A stretch of DNA of 52,301 bases from Planctomycetota bacterium. GTDB taxonomy: Bacteria; Planctomycetota; Planctomycetia; Pirellulales; JALHPA01. This document shows, piece after piece, positions 19,778 through 29,037 of this stretch (position 1 is its first letter; each line of letters begins with the position of its first letter). The stretch is from NCBI GenBank assembly GCA_034440595.1, contig JAWXCH010000361.1, forward strand, positions 1-52,301. The letters are read 5' to 3'. Under the pieces are notes generated by a model. That model saw nothing but the letters and a program-made list of their open reading frames with translations, did no database searches and was not told the origin of the DNA. The translations under genes were made by a program, and so were the position numbers.

Positions 19778-20722
19778 ATGGGCGTAGTTCTGCAGATCAC
19801 CAACGGACCCTATACCGGTCGCAAGACGCACCTGCTGGCAGGCCAGGTCTTGCAAGTTGGCCGTACCGAATGGGCCGATTTCTCGGTCCCGAGTGACGCA
19901 CGCATGCACGACGTCCACTTTACGGTCGCCTTTCAATCCGGTTCATGCATTCTGCGCGATCTAGGTACGCCGAACGGTACGCTGGTCAACGGTCAACGTG
20001 TCACCGAAATCGCCTTGAACCATGCAGATCAGATCCAGGCCGGCACGACCATCTTTCGTCTGGTTGTAGAAGGGACCGCCAGTGGAACAGCCACCGGTTC
20101 GGCAACCGCCAACAACGGCGCGTCCGCAGCCGGTAGCGGCAAATTCAGCGGGTTTGTTCGCGTGGCACCACCCACTGCCGCGGTGATCTGTGCCGACTTC
20201 AGTCTGGACGCCGATGCCCAGGCGGTCCTGACGCCGACCATCACCCCACGCGATTTTGTCACGCAGCTCATCGAGCGCGAACTATACGCCGACGCGCTGC
20301 GGTTCATGGCGCATGCCTTGCCCAAGCCAGAGGCCGTCTGGTGGACCTGCCTGGCCGCACGCAAAGCCGGGGGCGAAAAGCTGGCCGAAAAAGACGCCGC
20401 TGCCATCGCTGCTGCCGAGGCCTGGGTGGTTGAATCCACCGAAGAAAACCGCCAACAAGCTGCCAAGGCGTCTGAAGCTTCGCGGTATGAGACCGCCGCT
20501 TCGTTCGCCGCCGCCGCCGCAGCTTGGAGTGGCGGGAGCCTGGCACCTCCGGGGCTTCCAGAAGTCCCCCCGGCACCGACCTTGACCGCACAGGCTGCAA
20601 TTGGTTCAATTCGCCTCTCGGCCGTCGCCATCGGCGGAGCAAAGCTGGTTCCAGTGCAGCGCGACCTGCTCAACCTGGCCATCGACATTGCCGACGCCAA
20701 GAACCGTTGGCCAGAAAAGTAA
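19778..20722 (+). CDS. FHA domain + DUF6931-like domain protein
   Basis: FHA motifs VGR...DARMHDVHF...LRDLGTPNGTLVNG; C-terminal ALRFMAHALPKPEAVWW...AAEAWV...WSGGSLAPP typical of VgrG-linked DUF6931. Confidence 0.78.
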   Translation: MGVVLQITNGPYTGRKTHLLAGQVLQVGRTEWADFSVPSDARMHDVHFTVAFQSGSCILRDLGTPNGTLVNGQRVTEIALNHADQIQAGTTIFRLVVEGTASGTATGSATANNGASAAGSGKFSGFVRVAPPTAAVICADFSLDADAQAVLTPTITPRDFVTQLIERELYADALRFMAHALPKPEAVWWTCLAARKAGGEKLAEKDAAAIAAAEAWVVESTEENRQQAAKASEASRYETAASFAAAAAAWSGGSLAPPGLPEVPPAPTLTAQAAIGSIRLSAVAIGGAKLVPVQRDLLNLAIDIADAKNRWPEK

Positions 20723-20764
20723 AACTCCGGTCATTAAACACATAGCAAACTCGAGGTCATCACC

Positions 20765-21058
20765 ATGCCCCCTGCCGCGCGACTGACCGATTTGCATATC
20801 TGCCCCGCCGTGACGGTCCTTGTTCCACACGTCGGCGGACCCATTTCTGCGCCTGGCGCACCGACCGTACTGATCGGAAAAATGCCCGCCGCCTGCATGG
20901 GAGACATCGCCATTTGCGTCGGGCCACCCTCGTCCGTCATCAAAGGCTCCGCCACGGTCTTGATCGGCGGCAAACCGGCAGCCCGCGTCGGCGACAACAC
21001 CGCACACGGTGGGGTGATCGCCCCGCCGGGATGTGTGACGGTAATGATCGGGGGGTGA
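20765..21058 (+). CDS. PAAR domain spike-tip protein
   Basis: PAAR, PAAC and PAAR motifs with His/Cys zinc ligands; 97 aa, no toxin extension. Confidence 0.95.
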   Translation: MPPAARLTDLHICPAVTVLVPHVGGPISAPGAPTVLIGKMPAACMGDIAICVGPPSSVIKGSATVLIGGKPAARVGDNTAHGGVIAPPGCVTVMIGG

Positions 21059-21109
21059 GGAGTGGCAAAGGGCGAGGTAAATACCATTGCGCATCTCAAG
21101 GAGTGAGCT

Positions 21110-21847
21110 ATGCGATTTCTGTTATTCACAGTAGTTGTGGTCAGTCTTCTGACAGGATTGAAGGCGGAAGAATTGCCTCCAAAGAGCCAGGGCTTTGAAG
21201 TGGAGATGCACAAGCGCATTAACGCGTATCGCGACGAACTGGCCGCACTCCAGAAGAAAGATAAGACGGAAGAAAACTTAGATCGGATAAAGTTACTTCA
21301 AGACACTTTACCAACGAAGGAGGTTGAGGCCGCCCTATTTCGGATCAAGGAGGGGATGCCTCGGGAGAAATTGATCGATCTTCTGGGTAAGAATTTCTCG
21401 AAGACGGATCACCGGGTAGAGATAAATTGGTCGAAGGGGCGGGATATGTTGGAAGTCTCTTATAGGGACAACCGCATCGTCGGCTATCGTGCTAGGTTAG
21501 GAGGTTGGAAGCATTCTGAAACTGAAAACGGTTTCAGTAAAAGTGCAGACTGGGAGTGGGTGCCTGTTAATGCGCTTTCCAAGAAAATCAGGAAAGGAAT
21601 GTCCGTTGCGGAGTGTGTGGCAATTCTCGGAAAGGATTGTGAAGTTACGATCGAGCCTGAAAATCTTGTTTGGGAGGTCAAGTCTGCCGGCATCGAGGAC
21701 CCCGGAACGTTGGTGGTATACATTGAAGATGGTTTAGTGTGCGGAACCATGATTATTTGGACGAACGCAAATGGGACGCGCGGATTCAAATGCTTCGGGC
21801 GAATTTTCAAAAGAGCAAAGGTAGAGGATCTCCTAAAAGAGCAGTAA
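21110..21847 (+). CDS. Secreted hypothetical protein with two SmpA/OmlA(BamE)-like repeats
   Basis: AAGGAG RBS; signal peptide; repeats RIKEGMPREKLIDLLG and KIRKGMSVAECVAILG; visibly more AT-rich than its neighbours. Confidence 0.7.
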   Translation: MRFLLFTVVVVSLLTGLKAEELPPKSQGFEVEMHKRINAYRDELAALQKKDKTEENLDRIKLLQDTLPTKEVEAALFRIKEGMPREKLIDLLGKNFSKTDHRVEINWSKGRDMLEVSYRDNRIVGYRARLGGWKHSETENGFSKSADWEWVPVNALSKKIRKGMSVAECVAILGKDCEVTIEPENLVWEVKSAGIEDPGTLVVYIEDGLVCGTMIIWTNANGTRGFKCFGRIFKRAKVEDLLKEQ

Positions 21848-21969
21848 AACCCGGCTTGTCGCATCATGTCTGCGTTCGCCTAGGTGCCGGGCACCTCATC
21901 TGGCTTGCAAGCAATGCCGTGTGAAATCAGCGGCCTGCATTGCTGAGCAGCCTGAGAGTACATTACGCT

Positions 21970-22270
21970 CTTCGGCCTGAATGGCCGTTTCTACCAGCCC
22001 GGGGCGGAGCCGCGCAACCATCCGTCATTCCCGCGCATGCGGGAATCCAGCCTTGCAGGATACGCGCAACGGTGCAACCCCGGGTTGCTGTTCTATCCAC
22101 TGGCTCGCCCTCACCCGACGCTGGGGCGTCGACCTCTCCCCCACGGCGCGATGTGTGAAGTCAAAGTCTTGCGGGTGGAGAGGTGGAGGATAGTTGGACC
22201 GTTGACCCAGGGTTCCGGTCGCTGCGCCGGCGTCACCCTGGGCTGACAGAGACGACCCTTCGGGTCTAAA
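21970..22270. repeat. Mosaic of REP-like elements (includes GTCATTCCCGCGCATGCGGGAATCCAG and family E)
   Basis: Perfect hairpin at 22027-22046; 22204-22268 is similar to 45127-45190 (shared GGGCTGACAGAGACGACCCTTCG). Confidence 0.75.
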
Positions 22271-22447
22271 TCGCGGGTGAGTGTGGCCAAACTTAAGAGA
22301 GTCGCGATGATTGTCGCGAAATGCTGAGCCATGTCAATAACAAATAGAAAATAATTGATAACAAATAACAAATTGATTTCGCCACTTGTTACTGCGGCGC
22401 GATTTATTATTTGTTATTTTGGGACGCCGGGTAACATCGACGCAACA

Positions 22448-24421
22448 CTAATACGTCCACTTCAGCTCAAATCGCAAGAGCGACGCATACCAGTGGTCGC
22501 TGGTCAGAGCGAGACCGGTTCCGATGCCGGCCTCCAGCAGCCCGAGGTCGCAGCCCATGTCGTAGACAAATCGCACGCCGGGGTAGACGTTCAGAATTGC
22601 CACCGGGTCAACCGCTTCGATAAAACCGTCTGGTGCGGTTTGCTGCCCATCGAGCGCCCACCAACTGACGAACTCCAGCGTGGGAATAATCGCGTAGTCA
22701 TCGCTCTCGTACAGCAAGCGGCTAACACCTGCACCGGCACGCAGCACCTGCCCCGATGCATCCAGGTCGCCGCCCAGCGGCACCCAGTAACGTAGCTCGT
22801 AATGCAGGTCGGTGATCTTGTTGTATTTCTGACGGAATAGGAAGCCGGGCTCAATGGATATGTGCCCGTTGCCCAGGCCTTTGCCCGCCGATCCTGTCGC
22901 AAAAGTTGTCTTAAAAAACTGCGTCATCTGCCAGGTATCGCCATCCAGCATCACCAGCTTCGTCGCCAGTGACATATCGCCAAAACCGGTCGTGTTGGGA
23001 TTTTGCTCAGGATCCAGACAGATAATCGGCAGGTCCGTTGTCGCCGAAAATTTTGGTCCGCCGACTTCCATCCGGACGCGCATTTCCTGATAGTCAACTG
23101 CCGTTTCTGGAATCGCCGGGCCGCGCACCCCTTGCTTGGCCCAAAAGAATTCCGCTCGATCTGGATAAGTCCAGTCGTAGGCCAGATCGGCACGCAGGCG
23201 AAAGTTATTCGACGGCTGCGCGATTTCAATTTCTTGAATGGCAAAGGGTAGTCGTTCGGTACCGACCCCATCCTCGACCAAACAAGCGTTGTTCCAGCCC
23301 CAAAGCGGAAAGCGTTTTGGTCCTAACGGCCCACACTGATCGCAATCTCCACAGCCGCCACAGCTTTCACAGCCCCCCATCGCTGAGTCCATTTCCATCC
23401 CCGGTTCAATCATTCCGCCTTCGATAACTGCTCCAGGGGGCAGCGATCCGTCGGGCATCGGGCCTTCAATGGTTCCACCGGGAATCTCTTCGATCGTGCC
23501 GTTTGGTGGCGGCAGCATGAACTCGCCAGGGCCAAGCTGTGCGACTGAAGTGGGCTGAGATCTCGCGGAATACGATACAGGCATATTTCGGGAGCGGTCG
23601 CTAATCCAATCGCGCGTCAGGTATTGGCGTCGGTCGGTCTGCGTTGCGGTCGGAGGCATCGGTGGTCCACCAACCGCCTGCTGCACACCGCCGGTCAAGT
23701 TCTGCGCCGCATCAATGTCACCCTCATGGGAAGCTTGTCGATTCGCTTCATTTGGTGCCGGAGGATGTGCCGAGCCGGACATCAATTGCCGGCGCGACGC
23801 TTTGCCAGTGGGAATTGCCTGCCAAGCTGATGCATTGATCGCCCCAAATCCGCTCGGAGCACCGGGCTGTGCTGTCATGCCGTCCGGTGCTGTGACAACC
23901 CCGACGTCAAGTGGCGGTGGTTGAATGGCAAATGGTTGCGTCGGCTGTTGATTCTGCAGAGTTCGCAGCGCCTGTAAGTGCGGCGACTCAATTGCCGGAG
24001 TGATGGCCGCGCTGCTCGCAGGTGCCGCTGGCTCGATACTTACGGGCGCGGCATATTGAATCTGCTGGCCGTAATAGGCTGGCTGCGGCATGTCGGTCAC
24101 GGGCTGCTGATAGTAGGCGCTCTGCACGCCGGCGCTTGGCATAGCGGATTGGCCGCTTGCCGTTACTACGGTGTCATAGTTCGCCGTTACGGCACTGGAA
24201 TAAGGCGAACTAGATTGCTCCGCGCTGGCAAATGGATCAAATGCCGGTCGCGAAGTGCCCACGGCAGAGGCCGCGACCGCCGGTGTGGTCGCGTCTAAGG
24301 GTGGCCCACCAAACAGTGGACTAGACACCGGCGGAGACTGGCCGCGCGCAAGCCCAGTCTGTGCGATCACAAGGACCGACAGCATCAGCCAGCGAATTGA
24401 CCAGTTCAATCGCACAGTCAT
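22448..24421 (-). CDS. Planctomycete-type secreted protein with low-complexity N-half, Cys cluster and putative C-terminal outer-membrane beta-barrel
   Basis: AGAGGA RBS; signal peptide; P/A/Q-rich region; CESCGGCGDCDQC; alternating beta-strands ending RFELKWTY. Confidence 0.65.
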   Translation of the reverse strand: MTVRLNWSIRWLMLSVLVIAQTGLARGQSPPVSSPLFGGPPLDATTPAVAASAVGTSRPAFDPFASAEQSSSPYSSAVTANYDTVVTASGQSAMPSAGVQSAYYQQPVTDMPQPAYYGQQIQYAAPVSIEPAAPASSAAITPAIESPHLQALRTLQNQQPTQPFAIQPPPLDVGVVTAPDGMTAQPGAPSGFGAINASAWQAIPTGKASRRQLMSGSAHPPAPNEANRQASHEGDIDAAQNLTGGVQQAVGGPPMPPTATQTDRRQYLTRDWISDRSRNMPVSYSARSQPTSVAQLGPGEFMLPPPNGTIEEIPGGTIEGPMPDGSLPPGAVIEGGMIEPGMEMDSAMGGCESCGGCGDCDQCGPLGPKRFPLWGWNNACLVEDGVGTERLPFAIQEIEIAQPSNNFRLRADLAYDWTYPDRAEFFWAKQGVRGPAIPETAVDYQEMRVRMEVGGPKFSATTDLPIICLDPEQNPNTTGFGDMSLATKLVMLDGDTWQMTQFFKTTFATGSAGKGLGNGHISIEPGFLFRQKYNKITDLHYELRYWVPLGGDLDASGQVLRAGAGVSRLLYESDDYAIIPTLEFVSWWALDGQQTAPDGFIEAVDPVAILNVYPGVRFVYDMGCDLGLLEAGIGTGLALTSDHWYASLLRFELKWTY

Positions 24422-24807
24422 TTCCTCTAAATTGCATAAACTCGCTGCCTTGGTGTCGGAAGGTGAGTAAATCGACCCGCCGCGCAACAAATCAACCAGA
24501 GACAGCTAAACGCCTCGGCAAACTTATCGGCTGTATCAATCAACCGGATTGAGTGAACTAGAGAAGATTTGCGGATTAGCCGGATTGTGCTACCCGCCGT
24601 GCGCGATGCTATCATGGCCAGCGTGCTGTGGTCGCAATGCTGACAGCATGCTGATGTTTACAACATATCGCGGCACTGCTACATTGCGCGATCATTATCC
24701 CCCATTTTTATGGCGTCAAGTTGTGTTGCCGCCAAGGTTTGGGCACAGTCCGTTCCCCCGCTAGCAGAGCTGCTGCGGTGGAGCGCTAGCCAGCAGGTCA
24801 TGTTGCG

Positions 24808-26274
24808 ATGCGGAATCTGCCAGTCCACTGGTACGAAGGACTTTTTCTCAGGCCTCAGCACTTCCAGGCTGCGGATCGGTATTGGACTGAACTGATCGCC
24901 ACAGCCGACCAATGGGGTCAGCCCTATAACTATGGCGTGCATGCCTTTGAGTACAGTCGCGAAGCGCTGGCCAACAATCAGTTTCAAATCCATACGCTGC
25001 AAGCACGCATGCGCGATGGCACGCTGATTATGCTTGGCGGAGGGAGTGAACCCGACCGACTCGATCTGAAACCGACCTTCAAAGAACTGGGAGCCGGCAA
25101 GATCGATCTGGCCGATGCCTTTGGCCGCGAAAGCACGGTCATTGTCTATTTGGCTATTCCAAAACTGCAACTCGGTCGTGCCAATGTTGGCCGTCCTGGC
25201 GAGTTCGACCGGACGCGCTATATCGAAGCAGACACGCCCGCGTTTGATGAAACGCAAGGTGGTGGCGATCAATCCATTCAGGTACGCACACTCAACGCGC
25301 GTTTGCTGCTTTCGACACAGGATCTGTCGGGCTACGAAATCCTGCCGATTGCACGCATCCGTCGCGCCAGCGAAGAGCAGGCGGTTCCTAGACTCGATCC
25401 AGATTACATTCCGCCGGTGCTGTCGATCGGTGCCTGGCCCGCTTTAGGACGCGACACCGTCCGCGCCATCAACGATGTTATTGGCCAGAAGATCGAAGTC
25501 CTCACTTCCCAAATCATCAATCGTGGTATCGGGCTGGATAGCCGCGATCCGGGCGATTCGGATCGTATTCTGATGCTGTCGCAACTGAATACGGCGCATA
25601 GCGCGCTTTCGATTCTGACCGCGGCGCAAGGGGTCCACCCGTTCAATGCCTATATCGAACTGAGCCGCATTGTCGGTCAGCTCTCGATCTTTGCACGTGA
25701 GCGCCGTACTGAGGAGATGCCTCCCTACGACCACGACGAACTAGCGCGGATTTTCGCCTGGGCACGCACCCGGATCGAACAGCTGATCAATATGGTCCGC
25801 GATTACGAGTTCGAGCAACGCTACCTGATCGGTGTGGGACTGGGTATGCAAGTCACGCTGGAACCCAAGTGGTTCAACAGCGATTGGCAGTGGTATATCG
25901 GCGTAAACAAAGGAGACCTGACCGAGGCCGAATGCCGCGAACTGCTTTCGCCGGGCATGCTGGACTGGAAATTCGGCAGCGGTCGGCAGGTCGAAATTCT
26001 GTTTAAGAATCGTGCCGCCGGCTTGAATCTGACGGTGATGGAGCGCCAGATTCGTGCGTTGCCAGCCCGTAAGGATTGGATCTATTTTGAAGTGGATCGC
26101 CGTGATTCGCCCGCCTGGCGCGACGTGCAAGAGACACAGAGCATGGCCATGCGGTTGAAGGATTCGTTGATTCTCAATCGAGACCGCCTACAAGGGGAGC
26201 GGCAACTGATCGTCTCGGCGCGTGGCAAGGCAGCGACACTGCAGTTCGCCTTGTTTGCTGTGCCGTCCGCTTGA
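24808..26274 (+). CDS. tssK: T6SS baseplate subunit TssK
   Basis: VHWYEGLFLRPQHFQ, LDPDYIPPVL, HPFNAYIEL and PPYDHDEL motifs. Confidence 0.95.
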   Translation: MRNLPVHWYEGLFLRPQHFQAADRYWTELIATADQWGQPYNYGVHAFEYSREALANNQFQIHTLQARMRDGTLIMLGGGSEPDRLDLKPTFKELGAGKIDLADAFGRESTVIVYLAIPKLQLGRANVGRPGEFDRTRYIEADTPAFDETQGGGDQSIQVRTLNARLLLSTQDLSGYEILPIARIRRASEEQAVPRLDPDYIPPVLSIGAWPALGRDTVRAINDVIGQKIEVLTSQIINRGIGLDSRDPGDSDRILMLSQLNTAHSALSILTAAQGVHPFNAYIELSRIVGQLSIFARERRTEEMPPYDHDELARIFAWARTRIEQLINMVRDYEFEQRYLIGVGLGMQVTLEPKWFNSDWQWYIGVNKGDLTEAECRELLSPGMLDWKFGSGRQVEILFKNRAAGLNLTVMERQIRALPARKDWIYFEVDRRDSPAWRDVQETQSMAMRLKDSLILNRDRLQGERQLIVSARGKAATLQFALFAVPSA

Positions 26275-26330
26275 TGCCGCCGGAATTCAGTGGCTATAGA
26301 TATTCAAATTTACCGCTTCGCTAGATTGGC

Positions 26331-26969
26331 ATGACGCCCAAATTCGCCCAAGCCGTTGACCCGATTTTTCTCCATGTGCTGGAGTTGTTGGATCGTATCG
26401 CGCGCGACGAGCGAATCTCTCCGCAGGACGAACGCCTTCGCGTCCGTGCGTTAATCGATCAAGCACAAGCGTTCATTGGCAACAGTCAAGAATGGGATCT
26501 GGCCAAGTACGCGATTGTTTCTTGGATCGATGAAGTGTTGCTCGAGGCCCCGTGGCAAGGTCGCGAATGGTGGAGCAACAACGTCCTTGAAGTCGAGATG
26601 TTCAACACGCGCTTGTGCAATGAGATGTTTTACGTCCGCGCGCAAGAAGCCTCCAGCTTGCAGAGTCGCGATGCACTAGAAGTCTTTTATGTCTGCGTGG
26701 TGCTCGGCTTTAGAGGGCTGTACCGAGACCCAACGATTGCCGCCATGTTTACGCAGGTCCACGGCCTGCCCCCGGACCTGGAGAGCTGGGCCAAGCAGGC
26801 GTCACTAGCGATTCGACTTGGTCAGGGACGTCCGCCACTGGCTGGACCTCGGCGACAAATTGCCGGAGCGCCCCCGTTGCGGACCAGACCATTGGTTGTC
26901 TGGTCCTGGCTATCCGCCGCATTGCTGTCGGTGATGGTCGTGGTGTTTTACACACTGTTTATTGCCTAA
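26331..26969 (+). CDS. tssL: T6SS membrane subunit TssL/DotU
   Basis: AKYAIVSWIDE and LEVFYVCVVLGFRGLY motifs; C-terminal TM; directly follows tssK. Confidence 0.92.
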   Translation: MTPKFAQAVDPIFLHVLELLDRIARDERISPQDERLRVRALIDQAQAFIGNSQEWDLAKYAIVSWIDEVLLEAPWQGREWWSNNVLEVEMFNTRLCNEMFYVRAQEASSLQSRDALEVFYVCVVLGFRGLYRDPTIAAMFTQVHGLPPDLESWAKQASLAIRLGQGRPPLAGPRRQIAGAPPLRTRPLVVWSWLSAALLSVMVVVFYTLFIA

Positions 26970-27000
26970 GCGCGCCTGCTATGTGCGGGAAATTTGAACT

Positions 27001-28875
27001 ATGAGCACTGCCGAACCTGAACCGAAACCACGCGGTAAGATCAGCCGTTTTTTCGGTGCCATCTTTGGTTTTCCGCGCAAGCTGCTCTCTCTCTCGCTTC
27101 CGACCAAGGCCGCCCTGGTCGTACTATTCGTTCTGCTGACGGTTGTCATCGTGGCCTGGATCGTGTTTCTGGTCGATCCGGAAAGCGTACCCTGGCGGCA
27201 CAGCATGGGCTTTGGCCGCATCGTGGCGGTGCTATGCCTGCTGACTCTGATCCCAATCGTGCTGCATCGCGGGCTAAAACTCTGGCTGGAGGGCGAAAGT
27301 TCACAATTCCCGGACATTGATTTCGCCTGGCGTGCCGGTGTGGATGCACTGAAGCGCAACGGAATCGACCTGGGTGCTACTCCACTGTTTCTCGTGCTAG
27401 GTTCATCCGATGACCAGCAAGAGCAGGCGGTCATGACCGCGTCTGGATTGAGCTTGCGTGTGCGAGATGTCCCTGAGGGGCCATCTCCGTTGCACTGGTA
27501 CGCGAATCCAGACGGCGTGTTTCTGTTCTGTAGCGGTGCGAGCTGGCTGAGTGCCTTGTCCGAACTGAACGAAAAGCGCAAGACCGACGATGTGGCCCGT
27601 GCGCTGCCGGACTTGGAAGGCCCAACCGAGATGCGTATGGCCGCCGGTGAAATGCAGGCTCCGACGGCACTTTCGCCGGTTGGATTTAGCAGCGGTGCCG
27701 CACCAGTGCCTGCCTCTGGGAGTGGCTCGTACGGTGCATCCTCGGGGGCTCCGGTTGCCGCCGCGCCAGTCTCGCAGGTCAATCAAGGTGACGCGCGCGG
27801 CACGATTATGCTCGACTCCTACACCGCCAGTGCGCTGGCAGCCAGCATGAATCCGCCAGCGGCAGGTGCGGCAGGGGGAGGCGCAGTTTACAGTGGATCG
27901 GCGGCCAATCTGGAAGCGATGGCCATGCAAGAAGCCGCCGGCAGGCATGGCACCATCATGCTCCAGGCACCGCTTGGCGATCCTTCCAAGGCCGGCACAT
28001 TTGCCGCACCGCAGACTATGCAGACACCTGCGCCCAGCATGGCAACGCCTGCGTATTCGGGTGGGTCACCGCAGCGATCTGCCGCACTACTCCCTCCGCA
28101 GGAATCGGCCGAACAACTGCGCCGCCTAGGCTATGTCGGCCAACTGCTGCGACGTGCTCGCCAGCCGTTGTGTGGTGCCAACGGGATTCTGACGCTGCTG
28201 CCATTTGAAATGGTCGCCGGGGGCACACGCGAAGCCGAAGAGTTGCAACGCGCCACCAAGAGCGACCTGCGCACGTTGCAGCGCACATTAGAACTTCAAT
28301 GCCCCATCACGGCACTGGTGGTTGGTTTGGAAAAAGAAGCCGGCTTCCGCGAACTGGTTCGCCGCGTCGGGCGCGATCGCACCAGCGTGCAGCGGTTTGG
28401 ACAACGCTACGACGTGCGTAGCATCGCTACCACCGAGGAACTGGCCTCGCTCTGTGCACACGTGTGCGGCACGTTTGAAGATTGGGTCTATACCCTGTTC
28501 CGTGAACAAGGTGCCCTCAGCCGACCCGGCAATACCCGCCTCTATGGGCTACTGTGCAAGGTCCGCACGCAGCTTAAGAACCGCTTATCGAGTGTGCTGG
28601 CCAATGGCTATGGCCACGAGACGGCTGGTTCCGGCCAGGACGCGCTGTTCTTTAGCGGGTGTTACTTTGCCGCCACCGGCGACAGCAACGACCGGCAGGC
28701 GTTTGTGGCCGGCGTCATGCAAAAGCTGACCGAAGAGCAGGAAGAGGTCGAATGGACGCAGCGCGCTTTACGCACCAACCGCCGCTGGCGCCGCGTGGCC
28801 GTGGCCGGCCTGATCGCCAACGCCGCACTTCTAGCGACCCTCGGCGGCATGATTGTGTATAAGCTGTTTTGGTAA
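27001..28875 (+). CDS. Short TssM/IcmF-related protein (cytoplasmic ImcF_N-like domain only)
   Basis: Follows tssKL; 2 N-terminal TMs; PLFLVLG, LRRARQPLCGANGILTLLP, GLEKEAGFREL and FSGCYFAATG motifs; ends at a C-terminal TM. Confidence 0.75.
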   Translation: MSTAEPEPKPRGKISRFFGAIFGFPRKLLSLSLPTKAALVVLFVLLTVVIVAWIVFLVDPESVPWRHSMGFGRIVAVLCLLTLIPIVLHRGLKLWLEGESSQFPDIDFAWRAGVDALKRNGIDLGATPLFLVLGSSDDQQEQAVMTASGLSLRVRDVPEGPSPLHWYANPDGVFLFCSGASWLSALSELNEKRKTDDVARALPDLEGPTEMRMAAGEMQAPTALSPVGFSSGAAPVPASGSGSYGASSGAPVAAAPVSQVNQGDARGTIMLDSYTASALAASMNPPAAGAAGGGAVYSGSAANLEAMAMQEAAGRHGTIMLQAPLGDPSKAGTFAAPQTMQTPAPSMATPAYSGGSPQRSAALLPPQESAEQLRRLGYVGQLLRRARQPLCGANGILTLLPFEMVAGGTREAEELQRATKSDLRTLQRTLELQCPITALVVGLEKEAGFRELVRRVGRDRTSVQRFGQRYDVRSIATTEELASLCAHVCGTFEDWVYTLFREQGALSRPGNTRLYGLLCKVRTQLKNRLSSVLANGYGHETAGSGQDALFFSGCYFAATGDSNDRQAFVAGVMQKLTEEQEEVEWTQRALRTNRRWRRVAVAGLIANAALLATLGGMIVYKLFW

Positions 28876-28908
28876 AGTACTCCTCATGCTCCGCATTAGG
28901 TACGCTTT

Positions 28909-28971
28909 TAACCCGACGCGCAAGCGAGGAAATCCGCCAAACGCGCTGCGCCTCGCTGGCGCTTCGGGTTA
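28909..28971. repeat. REP-like family B hairpin
   Basis: TAACCCGACGCGCAAGCGAGG...CCTCGCTGGCGCTTCGGGTTA. Confidence 0.85.
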
Positions 28972-29037
28972 CAAAAACTCTGCTCGCCAAATAGACCGAC
29001 CCGGTTACATCTTGCGGAGCAAGATGAGTACTTTGCA

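Noticed and set aside
21940-22371. Short ORFs in the post-PAAR intergenic region
   Set aside because: They translate REP palindromes and AT-rich repeats; no RBS or protein-like features
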